A stretch of DNA of 64,000 nt. It comes from an uncultured Acidimicrobiaceae bacterium (GTDB taxonomy: Bacteria; Actinomycetota; Acidimicrobiia; Acidimicrobiales; Palsa-688). Of the stretch, positions 37,989 to 48,477 are shown piece by piece. Every line of letters begins with the position of its first letter. Position 1 is the first letter of the stretch. The notes under the pieces are model-generated. The model saw only the letters and a program-made list of their open reading frames with translations, searched no databases and was not told the origin of the DNA. The stretch is from positions 1,342,655 to 1,406,654 of the forward strand of contig CAVOTF010000007.1 in the NCBI GenBank assembly GCA_963699075.1. The letters are read 5' to 3'. The translations under genes were made by a program, and so were the position numbers.

Positions 37989-38011
37989 TGCGGCGGCCCT
38001 CCTCGCGGGCG

Positions 38012-38638
38012 TTACTTAGAAAAGAGCTCGACGATGAGCGACTCGCGCACGGGCACATCGATGTGCTCACGCATCGGCAAGTCGCGGACCGTGACCTCAA
38101 AGCCTTCCCCGCCAGCTTCGAGCCATGGCGGGATCTGACGTCCCAGAGTATCGAGGTTGTGGCGGACAACGATAAGGCTCCGCGTCTTCTCCTTGAGCGA
38201 AACCACATCCCCACGCCGGGCACGATAAGAGGGGATCGTCACACGCCTGCCGTTGACAAGCACATGCCCGTGGCGCACGAACTGGCGGGACTGAGACCGG
38301 CTGGCGCCCCAGTTGGCGCGGAAAACGATGTTGTCGAGGCGGAGCTCCAGCATGACGAGAAGGTTTTCGCCGGTAATGCCCTGCTGGCGGTTGGCCTCTT
38401 CGTAGTAATTGCGGAACTGCTTCTCGAGCACGCCATATATGCGGCGGGCCTTTTGCTTCTCACGAAGCTGGGTCAAGTACTCAGAACCCTGACGGGCCCG
38501 GTCGCGGCCATGCTCGCCAGGCGGGTAGGGCCGGCGCTCGATAGCGCATTTCGGCGAGTCGCACCTGGGCCCCTTCAGGAACAGCTTCATCTTCTCTCGC
38601 CTGCAGAGGCGGCAAACGGGCCCCGTATAACGCGCCAT
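38012..38638 (-). CDS. rpsD: 30S ribosomal protein S4
   Basis: MARYTGPVCRLCRREKMKLFLKG... Confidence 0.95.
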   Translation of the reverse strand: MARYTGPVCRLCRREKMKLFLKGPRCDSPKCAIERRPYPPGEHGRDRARQGSEYLTQLREKQKARRIYGVLEKQFRNYYEEANRQQGITGENLLVMLELRLDNIVFRANWGASRSQSRQFVRHGHVLVNGRRVTIPSYRARRGDVVSLKEKTRSLIVVRHNLDTLGRQIPPWLEAGGEGFEVTVRDLPMREHIDVPVRESLIVELFSK

Positions 38639-38639
38639 C

Positions 38640-39038
38640 TCAGACCCTCCGACGCTTCTTGGGACGGCAGCCGTTGTGCGGGATCGGCGTGACGTCCTTG
38701 ATGCCCGCGATCTCGATGCCTGCGTTCATGATCGAGCGGACGGCCGTCTCGCGCCCCGAACCGGGGCCCTTGACGAGGACGTCGACCTTGCGGACGCCGT
38801 GCTCCATGGCGCGCCGGGCACAAGCCTCAGCGGCAAGCTGGGCGGCGAACGGCGTCGATTTACGCGACCCCTTGAAGCCGACGTTGCCTGCGGACGCCCA
38901 TGCAAGGACGTTGCCTTCCAGGTCGCTGATGGACACGATCGTGTTGTTGAAAGAGCTCTTGATGTGAGCGACCCCATAGGCGACGTTCTTGCGCTCGCGG
39001 CGACGGGGACGTCGCCCGCCGGGCTTCGGCTTTGGCAT
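38640..39038 (-). CDS. rpsK: 30S ribosomal protein S11
   Basis: ...[18 protein letters not shown]...[14 protein letters not shown]... Confidence 0.95.
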   Translation of the reverse strand: MPKPKPGGRRPRRRERKNVAYGVAHIKSSFNNTIVSISDLEGNVLAWASAGNVGFKGSRKSTPFAAQLAAEACARRAMEHGVRKVDVLVKGPGSGRETAVRSIMNAGIEIAGIKDVTPIPHNGCRPKKRRRV

Positions 39039-39041
39039 TTT

Positions 39042-39422
39042 CTAGTGCTTCCTTAGCTTCTTCTTGCCAGCCACGGTCTTTTTGGGGCCCTTGCGAGTCC
39101 TGGCGTTTGTGTGTGTGCGTTGACCCCGCACCGGCAACCCACGCCTGTGCCTTATGCCCTGGTAGGAACCGATTTCGATCTTCCGCTTGATGTCCTGGGC
39201 AACGTCGCGGCGAAGGTCGCCTTCGACCTTCAGGTTGGCGTCGATCCAGGCCCGGAGCTTGGCGACTTCCTCTTCGGTAAGGTCGCGGACCCGCGTGTTG
39301 GGGTTGACGCCGGTGGAGGAGCACACCAAGTTGGAGGTCGTCCTGCCGATGCCAAAGATGTAGGTGAGCGAGATTTCTAGGCGTTTCTCCCGCGGGATGT
39401 CCACTCCGGCGATGCGGGCCAT
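39042..39422 (-). CDS. rpsM: 30S ribosomal protein S13
   Basis: [26 protein letters not shown]... Confidence 0.95.
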   Translation of the reverse strand: MARIAGVDIPREKRLEISLTYIFGIGRTTSNLVCSSTGVNPNTRVRDLTEEEVAKLRAWIDANLKVEGDLRRDVAQDIKRKIEIGSYQGIRHRRGLPVRGQRTHTNARTRKGPKKTVAGKKKLRKH

Positions 39423-39430
39423 AGGTTGCC

Positions 39431-39547
39431 TTAACCCTGCCGCTGCTTGTGGCGCGGGTTAGTGCTACAGATCACGATGACCACGCCTTCCCGGCGGATC
39501 ACCTTGCAGTTCTCGCAGATCGGCTTGACGCTTGGACGTACTTTCAC
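39431..39547 (-). CDS. rpmJ: 50S ribosomal protein L36
   Basis: Too short for the ORF track. My translation from GTG 39547 is [38 protein letters not shown], 38 aa, the zinc-binding C-x2-C...C...H type. Confidence 0.85.
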   Translation of the reverse strand: MKVRPSVKPICENCKVIRREGVVIVICSTNPRHKQRQG

Positions 39548-39757
39548 AGGGTCTTGCACCTCGGGTTATCGGGTCTTTGGGGAGACCCACTAGAGCGAAC
39601 TTGCCCGTCGCGGCATGCGCTGAGCGCTGATGGGCGCACACAGCAAATCACCCGCGGGGACGGGGTTATATGATAGCGCACCCAGCGCCGTACCGTCCAT
39701 GCGCGGCGCACGCACAGCGGCCCTCGGCCGGCAGACCGGCAGACCGGCTGACGCCTG

Positions 39758-40500
39758 TTAGCCCGGGACGGTCAGGATCTCCGGGCCGTTGTCGGTAACC
39801 GCGATCGTGTGCTCGAAATGCGCCGACAGGCTCCCGTCTGCGGTGATCACAGTCCAACCGTCATCGAGCAGGACGGTTTCGGCGGCTCCGACGTTCACCA
39901 TGGGCTCGACGGCAAACACCATACCCGTCCGCAGCTTGGCCCGGGGCTGCCAGGCCAGTAGTTGGGGACCGCCGGTTCCTCGTGCATCTCTGTGCCGATC
40001 GCATGGCCAACGTAACCGCGGACCACCGAGAAGCCGGCTCCCTCGGCCACGGTCTGGACGGCTAGGCCGACGTCGTGGAGCCGGTTGCCTTCGACAAGCT
40101 GGCCAAGGCCTGCCACGAGGCTCTCTTCGGTCACCCGCAACAGCTTTTCCGTCAGGGCAGGCACATCGCCGACGGCAACAGTAACGGCGGCATCGCCGTG
40201 GTAGCCCTGGATGATCGCCCCGCAGTCGATCGAGATGATGTCGCCTTCCTTGAGCACGTAGGGCCCAGGGATCCCATGGACTATTACGTTGTTGGGGGAG
40301 GCGCAGATGACGGCGGGGAAACCGTGGTAACCGAGGAAGTTGGAGCGCGCGCCTCGCCGCTCGAGCACCTCGCGCGCCAATTTGTCGAGCTGCGCCGTGG
40401 TGACCCCAGGGCGTGCGGCAGCCGAGGTGACTGAGAGCATCTCAGCCACGACCCTGCCGGCCTTGCGCATCTTGTCTATTTCATCTGGCCGGCGCCTCAT
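39758..40500 (-). CDS. map: Type I methionine aminopeptidase; split by an apparent 1-nt indel
   Basis: [22 protein letters not shown]... The ORF ends ...[22 protein letters not shown], but the adjacent frame reads ...[59 protein letters not shown] (stop 39758-39760). The join is at the TT pair 39936-39937. Confidence 0.85.
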
Positions 40501-40516
40501 GTTCCCCAGGGTACCG

Positions 40517-41242
40517 CTACTGATCAAGAGCCTTGTGCTGGCGGGCCGCCTCCACGGCCGCGACGACGTGTTCGGTCACCTCGTCCGGCTCGCCTGCCGC
40601 ATCGACCGTCGCCAACAACCCCTGACGCTTGTACCAGTCCACCAAAGGGGCGGTCACCGACTCGTAGATCTCGAGCCGCCGCTTCACCGCATCCTCTGTG
40701 TCGTCGTCTCGTTGGACAAGCTTGCCGCCACATGCGTCGCATGTCCCGGCGACCTTGGGCGGGTCGTCCACGACGTTGTAATTCGTCCCGCAGCTTGTGC
40801 AGACTCGCCTGCCGGCGATGCGGCGCAGTACCACTTCCGTGCTGACGTCGAGGTTGATGACCACGTCAAGGCCCTTAGGCCCGAGCATGCCTGCGAGCGC
40901 CTCCGCCTGGACAATGTTGCGCGGGACACCGTCCAGCACGAAACCGGCCGGTTCTGCCTTGCCTTGCAGGAGGTGCTCCCGCAAGACTTCCATGACGACG
41001 TCGTCTGGAACGAGCTCCCCGCGGTCCATATAACCCTGCGCCAAGCGCCCGACCTCGGTGCCGTTGCGCGCAGCGGCGCGGAAGGCGTCCCCGGTCGAGA
41101 TGTGGGGGACCCCGTAAAGGGCGGAAAGGCGCGCAGCCTGGGTCCCCTTGCCCGATCCCTGCCGACCGAGCATCACGACCCGGGCGGTCCCATCCGGGTT
41201 TGGCCGAGCAACCCCTGTCTGTCTCCCGGGACCGGCCATCAA
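40517..41242 (-). CDS. adk: Adenylate kinase (zinc-lid type)
   Basis: P-loop GRQGSGKGTQ, ...HISTGDAFR..., lid CTSCGTNYN...CDACGG. The start could be a downstream GTG (VVMLG). Confidence 0.9.
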   Translation of the reverse strand: MMAGPGRQTGVARPNPDGTARVVMLGRQGSGKGTQAARLSALYGVPHISTGDAFRAAARNGTEVGRLAQGYMDRGELVPDDVVMEVLREHLLQGKAEPAGFVLDGVPRNIVQAEALAGMLGPKGLDVVINLDVSTEVVLRRIAGRRVCTSCGTNYNVVDDPPKVAGTCDACGGKLVQRDDDTEDAVKRRLEIYESVTAPLVDWYKRQGLLATVDAAGEPDEVTEHVVAAVEAARQHKALDQ

Positions 41243-41291
41243 CCGCGCACTGGGAGCGAGTAGGGCACTCAGCGCCCGCCGCAGGACAACT

Positions 41292-42621
41292 TCAACGCAG
41301 GAAGCCCTCGTAGTTGCGCAACATGAGCTGGCTGTCGACCTGTTTCATGGTCTCCAACGCAACGCCCACGGCAATGAGGAGCGTCGTGCCCGCGAACGGG
41401 TAGTTCTGGATGTTCCAAAGGGCAAGAAAAATAGATGGCAGCAGCGCAACAAGCGCAAGGAACAGAGCACCGGGCAGGGTGATGCGATAGAGGATGTTCT
41501 GCAGGTGGCGTTCCGTCGGGTAACCAGGCCGGATACCCGGTATGTAACCGCCTTGCTTGCGGATCACGTCTGCCTGCTGGTGCGGGTCAAAGGTTATGCC
41601 CGCATAGAAGTAGGCAAACAGCAGGATGAGCACGCCGTAGATCGAGATGTAGACGAGGTTTCCCGGCTGTGCAAGGTGCGTGCTTATCCAGGTCTGAACA
41701 TCCTTGCCCCAGCCCGTGCTCGGGAAGACGTTGGAGATGAGCAGCGGGAAGTAGAGCACCGATGCAGCGAAGATGATGGGCACAACGCCGCCGGTATTGA
41801 GCTTCATCGGGATGTAGGTGCTCTGGCCGCCGTACATTCGCCGTCCCACCACTCTTTTTGCAAAGGTGACGGGTATCCGCCGCTGGCACTGCTCGATGAA
41901 AACGATCATCACCAGGAAGGTCAGAGCAAGCAGCAGCAGGAAGGTGAACTTGGGCCAGCCGGCAGACTTGAGCAGCGCATCGCCCTGGGTCGGCAAGCCC
42001 GCGATCACGTTGGTGAAGATCAGGACCGACATACCTTGGCCAACCCCGCGCTGGGTGATCAGCTCTGCAAGCCACATGACCACGACCGTGCCAGCGGTCA
42101 TCGTGAGCACCACGAGCAGCACGCGGGGCACGGTGAAATCGGGGATGAGGTCCACGTTGAGCGGCACGGACGAACCGAGCAAGCCACCACCACCGTTGTG
42201 GAACGCGTAGGCGAGACCTGTCGACTGCATTATCGCCAGGGCGATGGTCATATACCGGGTGACCTGGGTCAACTTACGCTGACCGCTCGGGCCCTTCCTC
42301 TCGCCATTGCTCGAACTTCGGGATGACCACCATCAGCAGCTGGATGATGATCGAGCTCGTGATGTACGGCATGATCCCGAGGCCGAAGACGGCCATCTTG
42401 GTCAAAGCGCCACCAGAGAACAGGTTGAGGTACGCGATGACCCCGCCCTTGTTCGCGGCCGCGGCCAGGGACTGGACCGCGTTGAAGTCCACGCCAGGAC
42501 AGATGATGTTGTCCCCGAGCCGGTACACCGCGATTATGAACAGGGTGAACAGGATCTTGTTGCGCAGGTCCCCGATAAGGAAGGCTGCTTTTAAGTTTCG
42601 GATGCTGGTGGGTATCGGCAT
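41292..42621 (-). CDS. secY: Preprotein translocase SecY; split by an apparent 1-nt indel
   Basis: ORF 42274-42621 ends ...IPKFEQWREEGPERSA*. The adjacent frame reads ...GPSGQRKLTQVTRYMTIALAIMQSTG... through to stop 41292. The join is at the GGGCCC run 42289-42294. Confidence 0.9.
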
Positions 42622-42695
42622 AGCGGCGGCCTCGAACTGCTCCTAGTCCTAGTGTCCCTGTCCGGTTCTGTCAGTCCCCAGTCCTATCATTACGG

Positions 42696-43184
42696 CTACC
42701 GGCTTGTGAGCGCGTTGCCCTTGGCGGGCGGGCGACCGTGCCCAAAGGGCGGCGGAATGACCTGGACAGAGCCTCCTGCGGCCTCGATCGCGGCCTGCGC
42801 TGAGGCAGAAAAAGCATGAGCGGAAACGGTGATCCGGCGCGTCAGCTCGCCGTCCCCGAGGATCTTCACGAGGCCCTTTTTGTGGACGAGCCCGACCGCA
42901 CGGAGAGACTCCGGGTTCACCTCTGAGGCCTCCATTAGCTCGAGGGTGTCCAGGTTGACCACGGTGTACTCCACCCGGAAGGGGTTCTTGAAGCCCTTCA
43001 GCTTGGGGATCCGCTGGCTCAGGGGGAGCTGGCCTCCCTCGAAGCCGGGCCTCATCGTGTCGCGAGCTCCCAGGCCCTTGGTGCCTCGCCCGGCGGTCTT
43101 GCCACCCTTGCCGGCAATACCTCGACCGACGCGGCGTCGGGCCTTGGTTGAGCCAGGAGCTGGGGTCAGGTCGTGGATCTTCAT
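42696..43184 (-). CDS. rplO: 50S ribosomal protein L15
   Basis: MKIHDLTPAPGSTKARRRVGRGIAGKGGKTAGRGTKG... Confidence 0.9.
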   Translation of the reverse strand: MKIHDLTPAPGSTKARRRVGRGIAGKGGKTAGRGTKGLGARDTMRPGFEGGQLPLSQRIPKLKGFKNPFRVEYTVVNLDTLELMEASEVNPESLRAVGLVHKKGLVKILGDGELTRRITVSAHAFSASAQAAIEAAGGSVQVIPPPFGHGRPPAKGNALTSR

Positions 43185-43474
43185 TTAGCCGCCCCTTCGC
43201 CTTGAGTGCGTACCTCGACCAAGTGTGCAACACGGGCCACCATCCCACGTATCTCGGGGCGGTCGGGTAGCACGTGCGTCCGGCCAATCCTGCCAAGGCC
43301 AAGCGCACGGAGGGTGCCGCGGTGCTTCGGCTTGGAGCCGATCCCAGAACGGACCTGCTTGACCTCGAGAGTTGCCTCGGCCGTGTGAGCCGCACGCTTG
43401 CGCGCGGGCGCCTTAGCCGGCGGCGTAGCGCTTGCCGCGGCAGCCTCGGGAGCGGGGGCTTTCACCGGGGCCAT
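43181..43474 (-). CDS. rpmD: 50S ribosomal protein L30 with about 35-aa Ala/Pro/Lys-rich N-terminal extension
   Basis: The core is LEVKQVRSGIGSKPKHRGTLRALGLGRIGRTHVLPDRPEIRGMVARVAHLVEV. ATG 43474 overlaps the rpsE stop (TGATG). ATGA overlap with rplO. Confidence 0.85.
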   Translation of the reverse strand: MAPVKAPAPEAAAASATPPAKAPARKRAAHTAEATLEVKQVRSGIGSKPKHRGTLRALGLGRIGRTHVLPDRPEIRGMVARVAHLVEVRTQGEGAAK

Positions 43475-44025
43475 CAGGCGACCTCAAAAGGCACGTGGGG
43501 GGCTTGTTGGGCGGCTTGGTAGGCACGCAGGACCCCGGCGGGTGTGACTTCCTCGGGCGAGAGCCCACGGCGACGGGCCACCTCGTCGGGGCGCATCAGT
43601 GCCCTCAGGCCGGCCATCGTCGCCTGCGCGACGTTGATGCTGTTGGAAGAACCAAGCGACTTCGCCACCACATCGTGGATCCCGGCGAGCTCGAGTATCG
43701 GCCGAGCCGCACCGCCCGCTATCACGCCTGTCCCGGGAGCTGCCGGCTTCAGGAGCACCCGGCCTGCACCGGCCTCGCCGATAACGGGGTGGGTGATGGT
43801 GGAACCTGCCAGGGGCACCTTGACGAGGGTCTTCTTGGCCTCCTCGATGCCTTTTTGGACAGCAAGCCCGGCTTCCTTGGCCTTGCCATAGCCCAGGCCC
43901 ACGGTCCCTGCTCCATCGCCGACAACCATTAGCGCGGCAAAGCTGAAGCGCCGGCCGCCTTTCACGACTTTGGCGACGCGGTTGACCTTTATCGTGCGGT
44001 CCTGGTACTGCTGCTGCTCAGCCAT
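43474..44025 (-). CDS. rpsE: 30S ribosomal protein S5
   Basis: [38 protein letters not shown]... Start at ATG 44025, just after the rplR stop. Confidence 0.9.
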   Translation of the reverse strand: MAEQQQYQDRTIKVNRVAKVVKGGRRFSFAALMVVGDGAGTVGLGYGKAKEAGLAVQKGIEEAKKTLVKVPLAGSTITHPVIGEAGAGRVLLKPAAPGTGVIAGGAARPILELAGIHDVVAKSLGSSNSINVAQATMAGLRALMRPDEVARRRGLSPEEVTPAGVLRAYQAAQQAPHVPFEVA

Positions 44026-44029
44026 TTTT

Positions 44030-44395
44030 CTAGAACTCCAGTCCAGCTTCTCGGGCCGCGTCTGCCAGAGCAGCAACCCGTCCGTGGTACATAAACCCGC
44101 CGCGGTCGAACGCTACCTTAGTGACGCCCGCCGCCTTGGCCCTTTCAGCGAGGAGCTTTCCTACGGCTGCCGACGCGGTGCGGTTACCGGTGGGCCCCGT
44201 TGCACGTACAGCCGGCTCGAGCGAAGAGGCGGCAGCAAGCGTGCGCCCGGAGATGTCGTCGATCACCTGGCCAACCACGTGGCGGTTGGAGCGGAACACG
44301 GCGAGCCGCGGGCGCAGCGTGGTACCGCTCACCTTTTTCCGTACGCGGTAGTGACGCCGGGTGCGCGCGCTCTGTTTGTCCTTCACGTTGCTCAT
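44030..44395 (-). CDS. rplR: 50S ribosomal protein L18
   Basis: [25 protein letters not shown]...[26 protein letters not shown]. Confidence 0.9.
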   Translation of the reverse strand: MSNVKDKQSARTRRHYRVRKKVSGTTLRPRLAVFRSNRHVVGQVIDDISGRTLAAASSLEPAVRATGPTGNRTASAAVGKLLAERAKAAGVTKVAFDRGGFMYHGRVAALADAAREAGLEF

Positions 44396-44402
44396 AGTCG
44401 TC

Positions 44403-44942
44403 TCACTTCGCAGCCTTGCCGGCCTTGCGCCGGACCACTTCGCCCGCGTAACGCACACCCTTGCCCTTGTAAGGTTCGGGCTTGCGGAGCTTGCGGATCT
44501 TTGCGGCTACCTCGCCAACGGCCTGCTTGTCGCTGCCGCGCACCGTTATCCGGGTGGGTGCCGGCACCTCGAAGGTAATCCCCTGGGGCGCTTCGACGAT
44601 AACGGGATGGCTGAAACCGAGAGCAAGTTCGAGCGTGCCCGGCCCTTTGGCGATCGCACGGTAGCCCACGCCGACAATCTCGAGATCCTTCGAAAAACCG
44701 GTCGTCACCCCCACGACCATGTTGTTGACAAGGGTGCGGGTCAGCCCGTGCAGCGAACGGTTGACCCGCTCGTCATCGGGACGCTCCACCACGAGGACCT
44801 GTCCGTCCTGGCGCACCGTGATCTCCCCCGCCACCTCGTGGCTGAGCGCTCCACGGGGCCCGGTGACCGTGACCGAACGCCCATCGAGCGCGACGCTCAC
44901 CCCGGAGGGGACCGGTACCGGTGTACGACCTATTCGGGACAT
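44403..44942 (-). CDS. rplF: 50S ribosomal protein L6
   Basis: [31 protein letters not shown]... Confidence 0.95.
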   Translation of the reverse strand: MSRIGRTPVPVPSGVSVALDGRSVTVTGPRGALSHEVAGEITVRQDGQVLVVERPDDERVNRSLHGLTRTLVNNMVVGVTTGFSKDLEIVGVGYRAIAKGPGTLELALGFSHPVIVEAPQGITFEVPAPTRITVRGSDKQAVGEVAAKIRKLRKPEPYKGKGVRYAGEVVRRKAGKAAK

Positions 44943-44990
44943 ACGAAACTCCTCAACAACTCGCTAAACCTCTTCCCACTGCGCCCGGGG

Positions 44991-45395
44991 TCACCAGACG
45001 TAGCAGAGGATCTCGCCACCGACACGGCGCTTGCGGGCCTCCCGGTCGCTCATGAGGCCCTGACTAGTAGACAGTACGGCAACGCCCAGGCCGCCAAGGA
45101 CGCGCGGTAACTTGTCGGCTCCAGTGTAGACACGAAGCCCTGGCTTGGAAACGCGCCGCACTCCCGAGATGGTCCGGGTGCGGTCGGCCGCGTACTTCAT
45201 GGTCACTTCCAGGAAGCTTCCTGGCCGCTTTTCGTCGCTGGTGACCTTGAAGCTCGTGATGTAGCCCTCGCGGACCAGGATGGCCGCAAGCGCTTCTTTC
45301 AGCTTGGAAGAAGGCATCCGCACCGTGTCATGATGCGCAACGTTGGCATTGCGCAGCCTGGTCAGCATGTCAGCGATCGGGTCAGTCATAGTCAT
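44991..45395 (-). CDS. rpsH: 30S ribosomal protein S8
   Basis: [23 protein letters not shown]... Confidence 0.95.
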   Translation of the reverse strand: MTMTDPIADMLTRLRNANVAHHDTVRMPSSKLKEALAAILVREGYITSFKVTSDEKRPGSFLEVTMKYAADRTRTISGVRRVSKPGLRVYTGADKLPRVLGGLGVAVLSTSQGLMSDREARKRRVGGEILCYVW

Positions 45396-45408
45396 GTGCC
45401 GTTACCTC

Positions 45409-45594
45409 CTACCAACTCGACTTGGTGACGCCAGGTATCTCGCCGGCGTGGACAAGCTCACGCAGGCAGATACGGCACAGCCCGAACTTACGCAGCACCG
45501 AGTGCGGCCTCCCGCACCGCCGGCACCTGGTGTAGGCCCGGACCTTGAATTTCGGCTTGCGCTGCGACTTAATGACGAGAGCCTTTTTGGCCAT
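45409..45594 (-). CDS. rpsN: 30S ribosomal protein S14, zinc-binding type Z
   Basis: 61 aa: [46 protein letters not shown]..., with CxxC...CxxC. Confidence 0.9.
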   Translation of the reverse strand: MAKKALVIKSQRKPKFKVRAYTRCRRCGRPHSVLRKFGLCRICLRELVHAGEIPGVTKSSW

Positions 45595-45645
45595 GTAGTC
45601 CTTGCTCCTAAGACTCGTTCGGGACTAGTTCGATCGGGGGCTGCA

Positions 45646-46400
45646 TCAAGCGGCACCTTCTTTGCGGAATGGAAAACCAAAAGCATCGAGGAGCGCACGG
45701 CCTTCGCCGTCGGTCCTACCGGTGGTCACGATCGTCACGTCCATCCCTCTGGGCGCATCGATCTTGTCGTAGTCGATCTCGGGGAAAATCAGCTGCTCGT
45801 TGACGCCAAAGGTGTAATTGCCTCGACCGTCGAAACCCTTCGGCGAGAGCCCCCTGAAGTCGCGTATGCGCGGGATGGCAAGAGAGATGAGCCGGTCGAA
45901 GAACTCCCACATCCGGTCGCCTCGCAGCGTCACTTTGGCGCCGATGGCGTTGCCCTCTCGGAGCTTGAATGCCGCGATCGACTTTCTGGCCTTTGTGACA
46001 ACAGGCTTTTGCCCTGCGATCAGTGTCAGGTCCCGCACGGCGCCCTCTAGAAGAGAGGCCTGAGCGACGGCCTTGCCGACTCCCATGTTGATCACGATCT
46101 TTTCCATCCGCGGTACAAGCATCGGGTTCGGGAGCCCCAGGTCCTTCTGAAGGGTGCCTTTCAGCTCGCTCGCGTAACGGGTGCGCAGGCGCGGCGGTTC
46201 GCTCGGCCGCGCCGGGCGCCCCGGGGCCGCCTTAAGTGCTGCCGGCCCTCTCGAGGACGAGCCCCTGGATGAAGGCCCGGCATTGGGAGCAGCAGCCCTG
46301 CGAGGGACCGCCGAACCCCGGCCCCCCCCTTGCCGCCCTTGGCCTTGCCCGCGGGGGCCTTGCCACCCTTGCCGGGTGAGCCTTTACCTGCCGGCGACAT
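45646..46400 (-). CDS. rplE: 50S ribosomal protein L5 with Lys/Gly-rich N-terminal extension; interrupted at a C8/G8 homopolymer
   Basis: The core [40 protein letters not shown]... stays open upstream in its own frame. ATG 46400 (TGATG overlap with the rplX stop) opens [26 protein letters not shown]..., which joins the core frame if the run at 46322-46329 has 9 bases rather than 8. Confidence 0.8.
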
Positions 46401-46708
46401 CAGAGACCCTCGCCACAACGAACACAAACCCTGCGCTTGGTGCCGTCTTCAGAAAACCGGTACCCGATACGGGTCGGCGTGTGCTCCTTGGGACATATCA
46501 GCGCCACGATCGAGACGGGCACCGGGAGGTCCTTTTCGATGATGCCAGCCCTTTTGCGTATCTGCGTCGTGCGCTGGCTGCGCTTCACCCGGTGTACGCC
46601 CTCGATCACCACTTTGTCACTTTTTGGCAGGGCGCGCATCACCTGACCGCGCTTGCCCTTGTCCTTGCCGGACAGCACGATCACGTTGTCGTCTTTATGA
46701 ATTTTCAT
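46400..46708 (-). CDS. rplX: 50S ribosomal protein L24
   Basis: [38 protein letters not shown]... Start at ATG 46708, right after the rplN stop. Confidence 0.9.
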   Translation of the reverse strand: MKIHKDDNVIVLSGKDKGKRGQVMRALPKSDKVVIEGVHRVKRSQRTTQIRKRAGIIEKDLPVPVSIVALICPKEHTPTRIGYRFSEDGTKRRVCVRCGEGL

Positions 46709-46709
46709 G

Positions 46710-47078
46710 TCACAACACCTCCGGAGCGAGCGAGATGATGCGCATGAAGCGCTTGTCCCGCAGCTCTCTTCCAACCGGCCCAAATATGCGCGTCCCGCGG
46801 GGCTGCATCTGGTCATTGATCAGCACAGCAGCGTTCTCGTCGAAACGGATATAGCTGCCGTCAGGCCGGCGCTTCTCTTTCCTGGTCCTCACGACGACGC
46901 ATTTGACGACGTCGCCCTTTTTCACGTTCGCCCCGGGGATGGCGTCTTTTACTGTGGCGACGAAAATATCCCCTATCGAGGCATAGCGTCGCCTCGAACC
47001 CCCGAGCACCTTGATACACAACACTTCCCGGGCGCCCGAGTTATCGGCGATGCGGAGCCTGCTTTCCTGTTGGATCAT
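46710..47078 (-). CDS. rplN: 50S ribosomal protein L14
   Basis: [28 protein letters not shown]... Confidence 0.95.
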   Translation of the reverse strand: MIQQESRLRIADNSGAREVLCIKVLGGSRRRYASIGDIFVATVKDAIPGANVKKGDVVKCVVVRTRKEKRRPDGSYIRFDENAAVLINDQMQPRGTRIFGPVGRELRDKRFMRIISLAPEVL

Positions 47079-47090
47079 TCCCGCGTCCCC

Positions 47091-47681
47091 TTATCTCGCC
47101 CGCTCGAGCACCTGGTCAACACGCCAGCGCTTCAACTTCGACAGAGGGCGGGTCTCGGATAGGCGGACGCGGTCTCCCACCCTGGTGTCATTGGCCTCAT
47201 CGTGCGCATAAAGACGTTTGGTCCGCTGCACCGTCTTGGCATAACGAGGATGGCGGACCCGTTCGATTATGGCCACCACCGCAGTCTTTTCCATCGAGTT
47301 CGAAATGACGATGCCCTCGCGCACCTTGCGCCGCCCGGTCCGTGGCTCGGGGGCACCAGCGTCTACGGGGGTTCCTGTCGTTCGCCGCGCGGGCGCCTTG
47401 GGAGCCTTTGGCGCCGACTTGGCGGACGTCGCCGCCTTCGCGGCAGCCGCTTTGGCTGGCGTGGTCGACTTAGCCGCCTTGGCCGGCCCGGTCGCCTTCG
47501 CAGGAGCGGCCGCCTTCGTCGTGGTAGCGACCTGCGGCGTTACAACCTCAGCGCGAGCTTCCGCTCCAGCCTCACTAGTTGCGGCCGCCTCGCCAGGAAC
47601 TTCAAGCGCAGTGGCAACCTCCTGCGCATCCGCCGCCTCGTCGGAGATATCGGCGTCGGGTGTTGGGTTCTTTTCAGCCAT
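47091..47681 (-). CDS. rpsQ: 30S ribosomal protein S17 with about 105-aa low-complexity N-terminal extension
   Basis: The core is RRKVREGIVISNSMEKTAVVAIIERVRHPRYAKTVQRTKRLYAHDE... The N-terminus is Ala/Lys/Thr/Pro/Glu-rich. ATG 47681 overlaps the rpmC stop (ATGA). Confidence 0.85.
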   Translation of the reverse strand: MAEKNPTPDADISDEAADAQEVATALEVPGEAAATSEAGAEARAEVVTPQVATTTKAAAPAKATGPAKAAKSTTPAKAAAAKAATSAKSAPKAPKAPARRTTGTPVDAGAPEPRTGRRKVREGIVISNSMEKTAVVAIIERVRHPRYAKTVQRTKRLYAHDEANDTRVGDRVRLSETRPLSKLKRWRVDQVLERAR

Positions 47682-48043
47682 CAGCTCGACACCCTCGCTT
47701 TGCGGGCCGGCGCAGAAGCTTTGCGCGCCGGCGTGGCCGACTTGGCTGCGGGCGCAGCGGCCTTACGTTTTGGCGCCAGCGTCTTACGTGCCGGCGAGGT
47801 CGCCTTTGCGCGCTGAGCAGCCCCCCGCTGGGGGGTGACAGGTAGGGCGGCGTCGGCCCGGCGTTCTCCGAGGAGCGTCAGCACCCTGGCGACCTCGCGC
47901 CTGACTTCGCCGAGGCGCGCCGAGTTGTCCTGCTTTCCCAGCGCCAACTGGAAGCGGAGGTGAAACGTCTCCTCCTTGGCTTCGACAAGGTGGTGCGCAA
48001 GTTCATCATCGTTAAGTTCTCTGAGCGCACTTGGGCGGGTCAT
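47681..48043 (-). CDS. rpmC: 50S ribosomal protein L29 with about 55-aa basic Ala/Lys/Pro-rich C-terminal extension
   Basis: The core is LRELNDDELAHHLVEAKEETFHLRFQLALGKQDNSARLGEVRREVARVLTLL, followed by ...AKATSPARKTLAPKRKAAAPAAKSATPARKASAPARKARVSS. Confidence 0.85.
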   Translation of the reverse strand: MTRPSALRELNDDELAHHLVEAKEETFHLRFQLALGKQDNSARLGEVRREVARVLTLLGERRADAALPVTPQRGAAQRAKATSPARKTLAPKRKAAAPAAKSATPARKASAPARKARVSS

Positions 48044-48472
48044 CTATACCTCGACCTCTTCTTGATGAGCGCGAGTTACAAATCGCGCCTTTATAGGCAG
48101 CTTCTGGATGGCTCGTTCCATGGCGGAACGAGCGAGGGCCTCCGTGACGCCAGCCAGTTCGAACATGATCCGTCCCGGCTTTACCACTGCGACCCAGAAC
48201 TCGGGGTTGCCCTTGCCCGAACCCATGCGGGTTTCGGCCGGCTTAGCCGTGACGGGCTTATCGGGGAACACGCGGATCCAAACTTTTCCGCCGCGGCGGA
48301 CGTGGCGGGTCATCGCGATACGGGCTGCCTCGATCTGGCGGGCACTTATCCACCCGGGTTCGAGAGCCTGGACCCCATAGTCGCCAAATGTGATCTCGGT
48401 GCCACCTTTGGCGAGGCCGCTCATGCGGCCACGCTGCTGCTTGCGGTGCTTTACCTTCCGCGGCATCAACAT
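48044..48472 (-). CDS. rplP: 50S ribosomal protein L16
   Basis: [33 protein letters not shown]... Confidence 0.95.
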   Translation of the reverse strand: MLMPRKVKHRKQQRGRMSGLAKGGTEITFGDYGVQALEPGWISARQIEAARIAMTRHVRRGGKVWIRVFPDKPVTAKPAETRMGSGKGNPEFWVAVVKPGRIMFELAGVTEALARSAMERAIQKLPIKARFVTRAHQEEVEV

Positions 48473-48477
48473 GGCTG

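Noticed and set aside
36717-38138. 473-aa + strand ORF
   Set aside because: It lies antisense to rplQ, rpoA and rpsD and is a shadow frame.
39548-39757. Search for infA or remnants
   Set aside because: No IF-1-like reading frame is present. Only short ORFs with no similarity by eye.
46161-46427. 88-aa ORF ([16 protein letters not shown]...) as an independent gene between rplX and rplE
   Set aside because: Its first part is better explained as the N-terminal extension of L5. Its Arg-rich remainder is the out-of-frame product of the C8/G8 run.
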